Shown here: positions 14,424 to 14,479 of the stretch, one piece after another
How the letters are laid out: each line of letters begins with the position of its first letter
Position numbering within the stretch: position 1 is the stretch's first letter
Source: an archaeon
Lineage (GTDB): Archaea > Iainarchaeota > Iainarchaeia > Iainarchaeales > JAAZKV01
DNA length: 14,479 nt
NCBI GenBank assembly: GCA_036170245.1
Contig: JAVHOV010000018.1
Coordinates: 1-14,479, forward strand
Direction of reading: 5' to 3'
Made by a program: the position numbers and the translations under genes
The notes under the pieces: generated by a model
Databases searched by the model: none
What the model was told of the DNA's origin: nothing
Seen by the model: only the letters and a program-made list of their open reading frames with translations

Positions 14424-14431
14424 TTTTATAA
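14424..14431 (-). promoter_or_regulatory. TATA box of rpa
   Basis: Minus strand TTATAAAA, about 40 nt upstream of ATG 14383. Confidence 0.5.
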
Positions 14432-14447
14432 CCTCGTGCCAAAAAAA

Positions 14448-14467
14448 CTGACATTTTCAAATGTCAG
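14448..14467. promoter_or_regulatory. Perfect 9-bp inverted repeat upstream of the rpa promoter; candidate operator
   Basis: CTGACATTT-tc-AAATGTCAG, 16 nt upstream of the rpa TATA box. Confidence 0.5.
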
Positions 14468-14479
14468 ATGAATTGGTTT

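Noticed and set aside
1..14479. Prophage/viral or mobile-element origin for the nucleotide-metabolism cluster; CRISPR array; tRNA/rRNA
   Set aside because: No capsid, terminase, integrase or transposase genes, no repeat-spacer periodicity and no cloverleaf or rRNA-like GC-rich segments. A large extrachromosomal element cannot be fully excluded from this window alone.

Overview
AT-rich archaeal chromosomal window in standard genetic code. The zinc-finger multi-OB RPA, TATA-type promoters and GGAGGTGA-type ribosome-binding sites point to an archaeon; a DPANN lineage such as Iainarchaeota/Diapherotrites is my inference, not a demonstrated assignment. The backbone is a deoxynucleotide/thymidylate supply cluster: tandem-domain ThyX, bacterial-type GlyA, class III ribonucleotide reductase, NrdG activase, a P-loop nucleotide kinase, dCMP deaminase and RPA. 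The reductase is split: the large NrdD ORF stops after its Zn site, and the glycyl-radical segment (RVVGY) is a separate 47-aa gene (8718..8861) missing from the ORF track. Seven very basic orphan genes in three paralog families sit between the housekeeping genes. Three of them (9728, 11707, 12450) carry protein-kinase-like motifs in the correct order (Gly loop, FVK, GE, DxxxxN, FFD) and end 2-7 residues after the Mg-binding Asp, so they look like minimal kinase cores. Two more (4174, 4878) look like divergent versions lacking the catalytic Asp. The last two are small Arg/Lys-rich helical proteins with apparently leaderless promoters. This interleaved minimal-kinase/basic-protein repertoire is the best candidate for an undescribed system. 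Several perfect inverted repeats lie in promoter regions, and a cluster of very small ORFs occupies the left end. No rRNA, tRNA, CRISPR array or transposase was seen.
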